Below are positions 1 through 11,966 of a stretch of 64,000 nt of DNA, piece after piece. The position numbers were made by a program, and so were the translations under genes. The stretch is from positions 40,052,001 through 40,116,000 of the forward strand of contig NC_043012.1 in the NCBI RefSeq assembly GCF_006345805.1. The letters run 5' to 3'. Source of the stretch: Octopus sinensis (lineage: Eukaryota). Position 1 is the stretch's first letter; each line of letters opens with the position of its first letter. Under the pieces are notes generated by a model. The model was not told where the DNA came from. It made no database searches and saw only the letters and a program-made list of their open reading frames with translations.

Positions 1-705
1 ATGATCAAAAAGCTCTTCAGCTGTCACTATCCTGACTTTGTGTTTCCAAACATGGAGTGTTTAATAACCACCTTACCAAATATATCACAGAAACACTTTC
101 TTTGTCTCCAATATTTAGCTATGTGGATAGGTGGTTGCATTGCTAGGTCCTAAGTTCACTTTCTGTGCGTGACATCTTAAGCAAATATCTTTTATACTCT
201 AGCTTTAGGCTGATCCAAGCAGTGCGAGTAAAACTGTTGAATCGCCTTATATTGACAGCCTGTAATTTAAAGGTTTGGTGTTGTTACGCAAAGTCACGCT
301 GATCCTGGTTTGGAATTATATTAAGGATATCTGTGCTTGTGGAACTAGCAAAAACCATTTGCATTTATGTATTATATATGTGGAAAATATAATTCTATAT
401 ATAAAATAAAGGAATGGATAAGTGCAGTTATACTCTACGCCTGTCTTCAAAGCAGAAAAAAAATCCATATTATGAGAATAAATTACTTCATAATTTATGA
501 TGCAATCTGCCTTTCCTTCAGGTGCGAACTGCTATATATCAAATCGAATCCCGGATAATGTATATACGTATGTATGTGTGTATATATATATTGTGTATAT
601 ATATATATATATATATATGACAGAAGATGGATGGAACATATTTTATTACACATATCACAATTTTTCCCGGATTATATTAAAATGTGGGCGTGTGTGTGCA
701 CTTTC

Positions 706-762
<57 letters not shown>

Positions 763-768
763 TATGTA

Positions 769-811
<43 letters not shown>

Positions 812-1619
812 AAAGCGATCATGTGGATGAAAGTGTTTATATTTGCATGTATGTTCGTGTGTCTGCATACGAGTGTGTGTGCGTTCCTGCGTGAACTGTT
901 TTTCTTTTTTTTTCCTACCGCTCTTTATCACAGACTGAACATGTTTCACGTTAAATAGTGAAGACGGTCAGCACTTGAAACCGCCGTCCTCCACACTACA
1001 CAGACAGCAAGATCGTGTTTTAGACAACAAACAACATCAACAATACTGAGATTTTTATTTTCTTGTTACTGTTGTTACTGCTGTTTAACCTAAGGTCAGT
1101 TCTGACCAAGCAGGCCTATGATTAAAAGACATTCCAATTGCGACCTTCTCTTCTTTTTCTCTCTTTTTCAAAACGATGGGTGGTCGGGTGTGCTTCGAAG
1201 GTTGTGGCGTCATCGTTGTTATTGCTGTTGTTGTTATTCCCCGTGACAGACACATCAAGCAAGAACACTGATCAACAGTCTTCCAGCCAAGACCATTCTG
1301 CCTTAATCTTTCTGACAGCATAGTGTATCTAAGACCACAATTTGCAATGTGTCTGTGACATTCATAAATCAGTACGATGCAATTTAAGGTGAAGTAACCC
1401 TAAAACCGCTATTAAATCTCACAAAGGTCTAAACGAGACACACCTACCATCATACAGCGTGATGTATAACTGCACTAAACTATAGTAACACAGTTAATAT
1501 ATAATTACTAATTGATATATAACAGATAAAAATAAAAATAAACTGGCATAATATAATAAAACTATTGCTTCATAGAGAACTCGAAACACGGTCGTGATTT
1601 TAATGTTTGAAAGAAGATA

Positions 1620-2200
1620 GGTAGCGAACTGGCTGAGTCGTGAGCACGCCGGGCGAAATGCTTAGCGGTATTTCGTCTGCCGCTACGTTCTGAGTTCAAA
1701 TTCCGCCGAGGTCGACTTTGCCTTTCATCCTTTCGGGGTCGATAAATTAAGTACCAGTTACGCACTGGGGTCGACGTAATCGACTTAATACCTATGTTTG
1801 TCCTTGTTTGTCCCCTCTGTGTTTAGCTCCTTGTGGGTAATAAAGAAATAGGTATTTCATCTGCCGCTACGTTCTGAGTTCAAATTCCGCCGTGGTCGAC
1901 TTTGCCTTTCGTCCTTTCGGGATCGATAAATTAAGTACCAGTTACGCACTGGGATCGATGTAATCGACTGCCACCCAAAAATTTCGGGCCTTGTGCCTAG
2001 AGTAGAAAAGAAAAGAATCGTTTGCATGCCGGACAAAAGTTTTAGCGGCATCTCGTCCGTCTTCGCCGTTTCGATTTCAAATTCCGCCGAGGTTGACTTT
2101 ACCTTTCATTCTTTCGGGGTCGATAAAATAAGTTCCAGTTTGAGCACTGGAGGGATCGATGTAAATCGATTTAACGCCTCTCCTGCCAAAATTTGAAACT
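1620..2200 (+). mobile_element. Tandem cluster of three SINE-B copies (tRNA head plus ggtcgactttgcctttcatcctttcggggtcgataaa core)
   Basis: B box gagttcaaattcc and the core recur at ~1690, ~1875 and ~2075. Resembles published octopus tRNA-SINEs; family name not verified. Confidence 0.85.
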
Positions 2201-2338
2201 AATATGTTTAAAAAAACTTATTCCCATGAATACTAATATATGCATGTATGTATGTATTATGTATGTGTGTGTGGTGTGTGTGTGTGTGTGTATGCATGCA
2301 TGCATGTATGTATGTATGTATGTATGTATGTATGTATG

Positions 2339-2369
<31 letters not shown>

Positions 2370-2571
2370 CAAAAACGCAACAGCGGGCAAGAAAACAACT
2401 GGACAGATAGACAATATGATGGCGGACAGGAAAAACAATTAGAGGGACAGAAAACAGAAAGGACGGGTCATTCGTGGCCTTCTTTCGTCAGTCAGGTTTC
2501 CGGATGTCCTTACAGTTTCGGGCAGTTACACTTGAGACTTCGATTTGGTTGCCCCCAAAAAATGTCTAAGC

Positions 2572-2738
2572 TAATAGCATTAGATTGTTTTGTGAGAAAG
2601 CTAGCGAATGTGTCCACAACAAAGACAAAAAACGGAGAACATGGTACACAATTACAAATACAAACAACAAGAATATAACAACAGGTGTCTTTCGACTGAG
2701 GACGATTCAAATTGAGCTGGCGTGCATAAAGTGAAAGC
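2572..2738 (+). repeat. 167-bp direct repeat, copy A (copy B at 5575-5742)
   Basis: The copies differ at about four positions. Confidence 0.9.
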
Positions 2739-3895
2739 CTAAAGGCAGGAAAATAGGAGATGGACATAAGAGGTGTTGGCGGTCGGTAGTCAGGCCAAGA
2801 AAGAAATGAGTGCTCAACACCGCATTGGTGGATATGCAATTTCTTTATTTGTGAAATAGGTGTACACCTTTCTCCATGTGATTGGCTTGGAAAATTGTTA
2901 AGACAGCTATTTTCCTACTTTTCTTAACATGGAACCAACGGTATCCTTAATTCACAAATAAAGAAATATATATATATATAATGGGTTGTACTGATGTGTG
3001 CGTGCATGTGGATATACATACATACACACACACACACACACATATATATGCGAATACATTTTGCATGTAAATGTGTTTGTGAGGCAATAAACAGTTTGTG
3101 TGTATGTATGTACGTACGTATGTATGTATATATATATATATATTGTGCGATTCGTGTCCTTCTATATGTTGTGCGTGAACGTTTGTTTTCCTTTATTGAT
3201 TTCAATTCACTCCATGATGCCATGTTAGTTGTAGGCTGTATTCTCTGTGATTACAGTTTGTCTCAGACTTGCATGTTGTTGTTGTTGTTATTGCTGTCTG
3301 TGCTGTTTTGTGTGTGTGTGTGTGTGTGTGTGTGCTTCCTACAATATCAATAATCATTTCTATTTTTTATATGTTCGTTCGTTTTTATTTCATTATTGGT
3401 TGTTTGCTGTGGTGTTATGATACCTAAGTCGATGGTGGTGGTGACGGTGGTGCAGGGGGAAAGGAAGAGAAAAGTAAAGAGGTGGTGGTGGTGGTGGTGG
3501 CGGCTGCAGTGTTGCGCCTGTGGTGGGGGTTGTAGGGGATAGCAGCGGCGGGGGGTGGGGGCAGCAGTAGTGGCAATGCGGCGGCGGCGGAGGTGGGTTC
3601 TATGAAACGATAATGATTGTTTTACAGGTGGTGGTGGTAATGCGGAAGATGGTGATAATGTCGATAGCGATGGTGAACGATTTATATGCCATCGGTAGTG
3701 GTGGTCATATGTTTTGTTTCCTTTTTATGCCTCCTTTCTTCATCTAATAACACCTGTCTGTGTTTATACGCTCTGGTTGATTCCTTTTTCATTAGATTTA
3801 TTTATATATATATATATATACATTTTATATATATATGCGTGCGTGTGTGTGTATACATATGTATATATAAATATATATCTGTGTGTGTGTGTATT

Positions 3896-4175
3896 ATTGT
3901 GTCTGTTAAGAGTCATCCTCTTTTAGTACCTTATTACTTAACACACTCACCGGTTCGATTTCCACTCATTTATTTATTTTTACTAAAATATTCGTTGCAG
4001 GGGCAAAGAAGATTTTAGTAAAAATAAATAAGTAAATGAGTGGAAATCGAACCGGTGAGTGTGTTAAGTAATAAGGTACTAAAAGAGAATGACTCTTCCT
4101 AGACACATTAAAAAAATGCTTCAACACACGAATTCACATAAAGAATCTTGCAAACCAAATACAAAAACGAAATAT
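3896..4175. mobile_element. Foldback element (~95-bp arms plus a one-sided tail); longer family member at 43500-43820
   Basis: Near-perfect inverted repeat 3896-4109; the same arms and tail are present at 43500-43820. Confidence 0.75.
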
Positions 4176-4584
4176 ATATATATATATACTATGAGAGAAG
4201 GATGGGGGAAAAGATAGGAGGTGTGAGGGAAAAATCGTAAGACATATTAAAAAACTGAATGATCTCAATTGTCCTCTATTGTTAGCAGATTTATATTCGT
4301 GCCAAAGGGACATTTGAATTACCCCAATCATGTGTGTGTGTGTGTGTGTGTATTTGACATGTGATAGTGAATACATTCCGTTGAAGGACGAACATAACAA
4401 AGAATGAAGTCGAAGACTGCTGTGGTCTTTGTGTCTTAGAATGGTAAACGTGGAATATTTTTGTTGTTGATTCCATCGTGATTTTCTCTGTGAGCGATGT
4501 GGTGGCCACGATGTAGCGGCCTCAATATATGTTGTACTTTGGAAGGGAGATTTATTCAGAATATTGATATCAAGGATTAACCTA

Positions 4585-4860
4585 ATACAATTCTATATTT
4601 AAGAGATGAGGAATTATGTACATTATTTACATTTGATGGATGTTTGTCCTCACCTTGTTTGTTGCTAACACAACGTTTCAGCTGATATACCTTCCAGCCT
4701 TCATCAGGTGTCTTGGGGAAATTTCGAACCTAGGTTCTCATTCCTAAGGTATTTTTGGATGTTGTTGTTATTAATCATTATTCAGGTCACTGCCTGGAAT
4801 CGAACTCAGAATCTTGGGGTTGGTAGCCTGCGCTCTTAACCACTATGCCATATGCCAATA
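4585..4860 (-). mobile_element. tRNA-headed SINE with a Penelope-like, hammerhead-containing 3' region
   Basis: Minus-strand head ggcatagtggttaagagcgc..gagttcgattcc (A and B boxes); body contains CTGATGA..GAAACGTT. Confidence 0.75.
4667..4712 (-). ncRNA. Minimal type I hammerhead ribozyme motif
   Basis: gacac-CTGATGA-a-ggctg[gaaggtatat]cagct-GAAAC-GTT-gtgtt: stems I and II pair, core intact, palindromic ACGT stem III. Confidence 0.6.
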
Positions 4861-4874
4861 TGCTATATGCCCAT

Positions 4875-5035
4875 ATAATAATAACAACATCAAAAAAATA
4901 CCTTAGGAATGAGAACCCAGGTTCGAAATTTCCCCAAGACTCCTGAAGAAGACTGGAGAGTATGTCAGCTGAAATGTGTTAACAACAAAACAAGATGAGG
5001 ACAAATATCCGTCGAATGTAAATAGTGTACATATG
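4875..5035 (+). mobile_element. Inverted, headless partial copy of the 4585-4860 element
   Basis: Approximate reverse complement of 4615-4775; its hammerhead motif is degenerate (CTGAAGA..GAAATgtgtt). Confidence 0.75.
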
Positions 5036-5906
5036 GATTAAGCTGTCTGGAATGTTTTAGGCGGGCAGGGTTATCTACAAGAATATGATGATATTTCACA
5101 TTTCTTTTTGGTAGGGGTGCAGATTAAAACCCACAGAGACAAACCCTAGACACTTGAAAGATTTTGGTGTCCCTATATATATGTAATTCAAAACATAAAC
5201 AATAATAAACCATAAAATAAATTTTTATTTTTTCAAAATGAAACAAAACGGACATTAGGATAGAAAATAATGATTTTCTTTCTTTTGTATCCTCCTTTAT
5301 TTATATTTGAAAAGTTCTTTCTAACTTTTTTTAATTGCTAAGTCTTTGATTAGATCCTCAAAATTAATTTTACATAACACATCTGCTTCTACACTATTTA
5401 TTATTTTAGCAAGTTTAAAGGGATTTCTTTTGTACCATAAAACATTTACCATTTCTTTGGTGCCCCCAATTCTCTTGATGCCCTAAGTACGTGCTTATAT
5501 TGCTTAATAGTTAATCCAGCACCAGGAGGGGTACTTTAGAAGAATTTTGGTCTGTGATTTGATCTGAGATAATGTAATAGCATTAGATTGTTTTGTAAGA
5601 AAGCTAGCGAATGTGTCCACAACAATGACAAAAAAACGGAGAACATGGTACACAATTACAAATACAAACAACAAGAATATAACAACAGGTGTCTTTCGAC
5701 TGAGGACGATTCAAATTGAGCTGGCGTGTATAAAGTGAAAGCGTCAAAAATACATATTAGTTATTCAAAATCACACCCAGATTGTTAACTTCACTTAAAC
5801 ACTTATTATTTGGTAACAAAATTCCATGGCACCAAATACGACCTGGTTATTGACATGGTTCCACTGCATTTGGTTTCTGACAAGGCTGTTGGCCATTATG
5901 TATATA

Positions 5907-6125
5907 CAGGGTGATTCAAAAGTCGCCATACATAGGAACAATTTGTTTTTTTATAAGAAACAGTTTATAAGAAGTTTTTTTTTTTTTTTATTTAACAGGC
6001 TCAATATGGTTACTTTTGTTTTGAATAAACATTACAATATGTTTACTTCACTCGTTGTGAACTTGTAATAGCACACCTGGTGATACCTGTTGTTGTTGAT
6101 ACATGGAGACTTTTGAATCACCATA
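5907..6125. mobile_element. Tc1/mariner-type MITE
   Basis: TIRs cagggtgattcaaaagtcgccata and catggagacttttgaatcaccata, flanked by TA on both sides. Confidence 0.8.
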
Positions 6126-6289
6126 TATATAGATATAGATTCCAGAATTATGATTTTGTCCGGGTTCCAAATTATGAAACTTTGACAGTGTTGGTACGTG
6201 TAGCTCCAGGCATTGAATTACTTCAAGACTTCGACCCAGGATGTTTAAGGTACTGTTGGGGATGTTTTTGTGTCTGTTGCTGCTGCTCT

Positions 6290-6655
6290 TGCTGTTGAGC
6301 GAAGCGGTCTTCATCCCAGAGTGGGAGAAGTCCGAAACGTGGTCCTTTGCTATTCGTAAGACCCGCAGAAGAGAAAGCAGGTCAACCCCCGACACCGAGA
6401 GCATCGACGGATGGATGAATGCGCATCCAGGCTCAGCGGTTGCATAGGAAGTCGGGGATAAGAAACAGGAAGAAAGAGTGAGAGAAAGTTGGGGGAGTGA
6501 AAGAGTACAACAGGGGTCGCCACCACCCCCTGCCGGAGACTCGTGGAGCTTTAGGTGTTTTCGCTCAATAAACACACACAACGCCCGGTCTGGGAATCGA
6601 AACCGTGATCCTCCGACCACAAGTCCACTGCCCTAACGACTGGGCCATCGGGCCA
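6290..6655 (-). mobile_element. tRNA-derived SINE
   Basis: Minus-strand head tggcccagtcgttagggcag..ggtttcgattcccag (A and B boxes), CpG-rich body and CAA/CAG-rich tail. Confidence 0.75.
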
Positions 6656-7299
6656 CCACTGCTGCTGCTGCTGTTGTTGTTGTTGCTGGTGGTGCTGCTG
6701 CTTCTGGTAGGGTGATATTTAATGTTACTATGGTTATTATTACCTACTTCAAGCAACCTTCTGTCATCCAGTGAATGAAAAAGCCTTTATATGTTAACTT
6801 GACTGACTGAAAATAACAGCCAAAATTTCTTTCAATTCATATTCCACCATCTTAATAACAAAAAAAGACATATTTAATAATGTAGCACAAGATTCTAAGC
6901 ACATGTGAAAAAGATGAGAAGGTCACAATTGGACCGTTGTTGATCATAGGCCTGTCAGATCAAAGTTCATCTGGAGCTGAACAACAGATTTATACCTACA
7001 ACTCACTGCTCACATCCTGTCAATGGTGCTTTTGTTTAACCCCGGGTCAAACCTGTTCAAGCAAAAGATGTCCCAACTGAAATGATCTGCTATTTTTTTC
7101 CGGATATTTAAAAGATTTTATTATCCAAATTCTTTTTCTTTTTCTCTTGGTAAGATGTGATTCCAGTTGTTTGGCTGCTGTTTCTAACAGGTCATTCGAC
7201 CACGTAGGGAAAGCTTGTTGGGTGCCTGGATGTGGATGTGAACTCTCGTCTTCTTGATTCACAACTTCAGATTTCTGTTGAACAAATTCTGAGGAAGAA

Positions 7300-7620
7300 G
7301 AAGAAGAGGAGGAGGAGGAAAGAATGAGATGATGATCGTGGTCATGATGATGACAGTGAAGGTGATGATGGTGGTGATGATTGCTATCATGATGGCAATG
7401 GCAGTGATAATGACGATGATGATGATGATGATGGCAACGATGACAGTGATGATGAAAGCATTAATGATAGCGGTGGGGATGATGAAGATTATGGTGGCCA
7501 TGATAGAGGAGGAAATCGTGATGATGACAACGATGATGATCATGATGATGATGAAGAGGACGATGATGAAGAGGACGATGATGACAACGATATCAACGAT
7601 GATGATAGAAGAGAAGCAAA
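7300..7620. repeat. Degenerate (GAT)n tract (related tracts at 18040-18340 and 20040-20165)
   Basis: Direct inspection. Confidence 0.9.
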
Positions 7621-8199
7621 TGAAGATGAAATTTTTAAAAAATGGGAAATAATGTGACAGAAAGAAGAAAAGAAAAAGAAAAGGAAGGAAATGAAATGAA
7701 ATGAATGGCGTAAATTTGTGTTAGTGAAAGCAATTGTGGGAATGTATGGCAGGAACATTTCATTAAAAGATTTCGGAAAGAATTAGTCTTTGGTAAAGAT
7801 TAAAGCAGATGCTTCACGTTTTGTAGTTAACTGGGCGTTGTGTTTAATCAATGGTAGAGAATAATTGGAGGGGGGGATGCAGAGGGAGATGGTGAGATAG
7901 ACTTGTGTAGAATGGAATAATTTCCAGAGAATAAGTGAGAAGAGAAAGACTGGGAGAGAAAAATTTCACAAACAGACAGACACACATAAACACATACATA
8001 CAGATAGGTAGAGAGAGAGGCAGGCAGGCAGATAGATAGATAGATAGATAGAGCAGTATAAGAAAGGTGGTGTTAGAGATGTAGAGTGAGAGAATAAGAG
8101 GGAGGGAGGGAGAGAGTGGGGAGGGAGTGAAAGAATGTAGGAAACAAACCAATAAAATGGAGGGAAATGGTTGAGTAAATGAGGAGGAACAAATCTCTT

Positions 8200-8259
8200 C
8201 ACGAATATATATATATAGATCCATACACACATGTATTTATATACATATGCATGTATATA

Positions 8260-8310
<51 letters not shown>

Positions 8311-8889
8311 TTAAATACATGTATATGTGTGTGTCTCTATATATGTGTGTGTGTGTGTGTGTGTTTAAATACATGTATGTGTGTGTGTGTCTATATATGT
8401 TTGTGTATGTGTGTCTCTATATATGTTTGTGTGTGTGTGTGTGTGTGTCTATATATATATGTTTGTGTGTGTGTGTCTCTATATATGTTTGTGTATGTGT
8501 CTCTATATATGTATGTGTGTGTGTCTCTATATATGTTTGTATGTGTGTGTGTCTCTATATATGTTTGTATGTGTGTGTGTATGTATATATGTTTGTGTGT
8601 GTGTGTGTGTGTATGTATACAAGAAAGGAGACTGTGTTTGTAAGTGCTCGTATGCATGGAAACGTAAATGTCTGTTTATATATATTTAAACACACATGCA
8701 CAGACGCACACACACACACACATAGATGATGCATGCATGTTGTACGTATGTAGATGAGTGTGAGTGTGCGTGTATGTGTACGTATATATATGTATATATA
8801 TATATGTATATATATATGTATATATATATATATGTATATATGTATATATATGTATATATATATATATATAATATATATATATATATATG

Positions 8890-8946
<57 letters not shown>

Positions 8947-9060
8947 ATATATATATATATATGCTTTTGTTGCATAAATATAGACTAGACAAATGTATGT
9001 GTGTGCATATGCATACACACATAGATGCAGAAAGTGAGATATACATATGCACACACAGAG
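8200..9060. repeat. (TG)n/(TA)n tract with a higher-order unit
   Basis: Repeated gtgtctctatatatgtttgt units at ~8330-8570. Confidence 0.9.
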
Positions 9061-10999
9061 ACAGACAGACAATTAAACAGACAGATTAAAAGAGAGTGAA
9101 AGAGAGGATGTATGTAGAAATGAAAGTGACAGAAAAACTATAGAGAGAGAATAAGAGAGAAATAATTAGAAAATGAGAGAGAAGGACAGAGAGAGAGAGA
9201 GTGAGAGAGAGTGAGAGAGAAGAAGCTGTAAGTAGCAGGAGATATTTTGGTGTATTTAAAAAAAAGCTGCATTTTCTTTCCACTAAGCTACTCCCAATCG
9301 TTCGGTTTATCAGTTATGTCCTGCTGTGTTTAATTTCCGAATACATAATTAGATTAGTTCGTTTCTATGCATCGATCCCAGCGAAAAATCGGAAGGTTTA
9401 TTGTGCAGTTATTGATGGCAAAGCTTGACTAACAAGTCATCTTAAATACGGCACGAAGCTTCCTCGTGAAAACATGAAGAATCGTAAAAGTTTGCTTGTT
9501 TCACCACCACCACCACCACCACCATCACTGCTGCCACTGATCAATGACCACTAACTTTGGGGGTCAGAAGAATTCATTGTTGCCAAGGTTACATGAGGGA
9601 AACTATTGAAACAAGAGAGTTTAAATAATTGTGGTGAAGCTTCATTAGTCAGCTAAAAACTGATTCAAAGAACGAGAGAGAGGCAACAACAAAAGGAGCT
9701 AACAATGAAAGGCAATAAGTTAATTAGTGGATAAGTTAATTAGTAAGTTGGTTAGTTGCTTGGTTACTTAAGTCATTTGTAAAAGGGTCACTTGCGATTG
9801 TTCCCCTCCATCAACGGAGGTTCTTTCATCATCAGGAGGAAATAACTCTGCTTAACACAATAAAAGGACCAATGTGAACACATAAAAGTAGGCTCTTCTT
9901 TCTTTCACGCATACATGTTTGTGTGTGTGTGTGTGTGTTCCCTGCTTGACAATTGGAGTTGGTTTGTTTACATCCCCACAATGTAGCGGTTCAGTAAAAG
10001 AGACTGAAAGAAAACGCACCAGACTTGAAAAATGAAAAAGTGTTGGGCATCAATTTGTTTGATTAAAATCTTCAAGGCTGCTCCAGTATGGTCGCAGTCC
10101 TATGGCTAAAATCTATAAAAGCAGATAAAAGATTAAATAAACAAAATAAGCTTTCTCTTCTCAAAATTTGCAGTGGGTGAGGGTCATGGTTAGAGAGTCA
10201 GACAAAGTGCTTTGCAATATTTCTACCAGTTTTTCTTTCATTCTTTTACTTGTTTCAGTCATTTGACTGTGGCCATGCTGGGGCAGCCTTGAAGGTTTTA
10301 ATCAAACAAATCGTCCTCCAACACTTTATTTTTCAAGTTTGATTCTTTTTCTTACAGGTTTGGGTGTGTGGTTAAAGAGCTTACTTCCCAACCATGTGGT
10401 CTTGGGTTCATTCCCACAGCACAGTACCTTGAGCAAGTATCTTCCACTCTAGCTTCAGGCATGAGTGGACTTGAAAGACAGAAGCTGAAAGAAGCCTTTT
10501 GTGTGTGGAGGGGGGGTAGTGGTGCCACATAAAAGCAGCCAGCACACTCTGTAAAGTGGTTGGCATCCATCTGTAAAACCATGCCACAACAGACAACTGG
10601 AGTTTGGACAGCTTCCCAGCTCTGGTCAGCTTGTCCAACCCATGCCAGCATGGACAATGGACGTTAAATGATCGTGATGATATATATATATATATATATA
10701 TATTGTGTGTGTATTATATGTATATAAATGTGTGTGTGTGTGTATGCATATCCTTACCAAGATATTATGTGATGGTTGTAAATGATTATCCCTGTCATAC
10801 AAGCGGTGACGTTCATTTTTCAGTCTTCTGTAACAAGCATGTCTGACAGTGAGGAAAAATTATCTTGTTTGGCATCAGGTGAGGGTTGATGTCCAGGTGG
10901 GGGCATTGGCCATAGAAAATCTGCTTCAACACATTGTGTTTCATTCATGGAAAAGTGGACATTAAATGATGATGATGATGATACCTACGAGCATCTCAC

Positions 11000-11250
11000 T
11001 CCAGTAAAGGTGGAGGTTAGCTTCTCGAGTTATTTCAACTCATAAGGGCCCAGTTTCCCAGTTTCCATGGCATATAAATTCCCCCCCTGGATGAGACGCC
11101 AGTCCAACTCAGGGTTTTGCTCATTTTTGCTATTTGAGTGGACTGGAGCAATGTGAAATGAAGGGTTTTGCTCAAGAACACAATATGTCGCCCAGTCCAG
11201 GAATTGAAACCACAAACTTAGGATCATAAATCTAACACCCAAACCTGTAC
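11000..11250 (-). mobile_element. tRNA-derived SINE with a Meta/V-like central domain
   Basis: Minus strand ggtttcaattcctgg (B box), then tgtgttcttgagcaaaacccttcatttcacattgctccagtccactca. Confidence 0.6.
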
Positions 11251-11268
11251 ACCCACACACCGATTATA

Positions 11269-11655
11269 GGCACAGGCGTGGCTGTGTGGTAAGAAGCTTG
11301 CTTCCCAGCCACCTGGTTCCAGGTTCAGTCCCACTGCGTAGCACCTTGGGCAAGTGTCTTCCACAATAGCCACAGGCCGACCAAAGCCTCGTGAGTGTAT
11401 TTGGTTGACGGAAACTGAAAGAAGCCCATCATATATATATATATATATATTTGTGTGTCTGTGATTGTCCCTCCACCATCATGTGACAACTGATGTTGGT
11501 GTGTTTACACCCCCGTAACTTAGCAGTTCAGCAAAATAGTCTGACAGGATAAGTACTATGCTTACAAGGAATAAGTTCTGAGGTCAATTTGTTCGACTAT
11601 AGGTGGTGCTCCAGCATGGCCGCAGTGAAATTGACTGAAACAAGAAAAAGAAAAT
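11269..11655 (+). mobile_element. SINE-A (tRNA head tggctgtgtggtaag..ggttcagtccc, internal (TA)n, tail ..gactgaaacaagtaaaaga)
   Basis: A and B boxes; the same bipartite layout recurs more than 12 times in the window. Confidence 0.85.
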
Positions 11656-11920
11656 AAACGAGCGAGCTTAACACCTCAACCGCTAAACCACGTGCCCCCA
11701 CATCTCTCTCTCTGCTACATAGGTTGCAGGATTTTGCACTTGTGCAAACTGTGATGTGTGATGACTGATTTCAGTGTAAGGTCTGTAATTTCCCTCTGAC
11801 CCAAACTCAGATTAATTTCAACAATTTAAAAACTACGTTTACTTCTTAACCAAAATGCCAATTCTTAATGTTTTAGCTAAGATCAAAGTATAACTAACTA
11901 TCTGAAAAACTATAATCACA

Positions 11921-11966
<46 letters not shown>

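Noticed and set aside
934-966. 33-nt segment with a strong acceptor and a GTCAG donor
   Set aside because: Stops in all three frames. Could only be a UTR exon, and there is no supporting evidence.
1620-1710. tRNA-like sequences at SINE heads
   Set aside because: A and B boxes only, with no complete cloverleaf; each continues into a SINE body.
2690-2745. CTGAGGA..GAAAG in the 167-bp repeat as a hammerhead
   Set aside because: No stem II closing the core and no correctly placed UH triplet with stem I pairing.
5826-6270. Protein-like frames on both sides of the MITE (..RVPNYETLTVLVRVAPG..CLRYCWGC)
   Set aside because: No family could be recognised with confidence and the frames do not join cleanly after removing the MITE.
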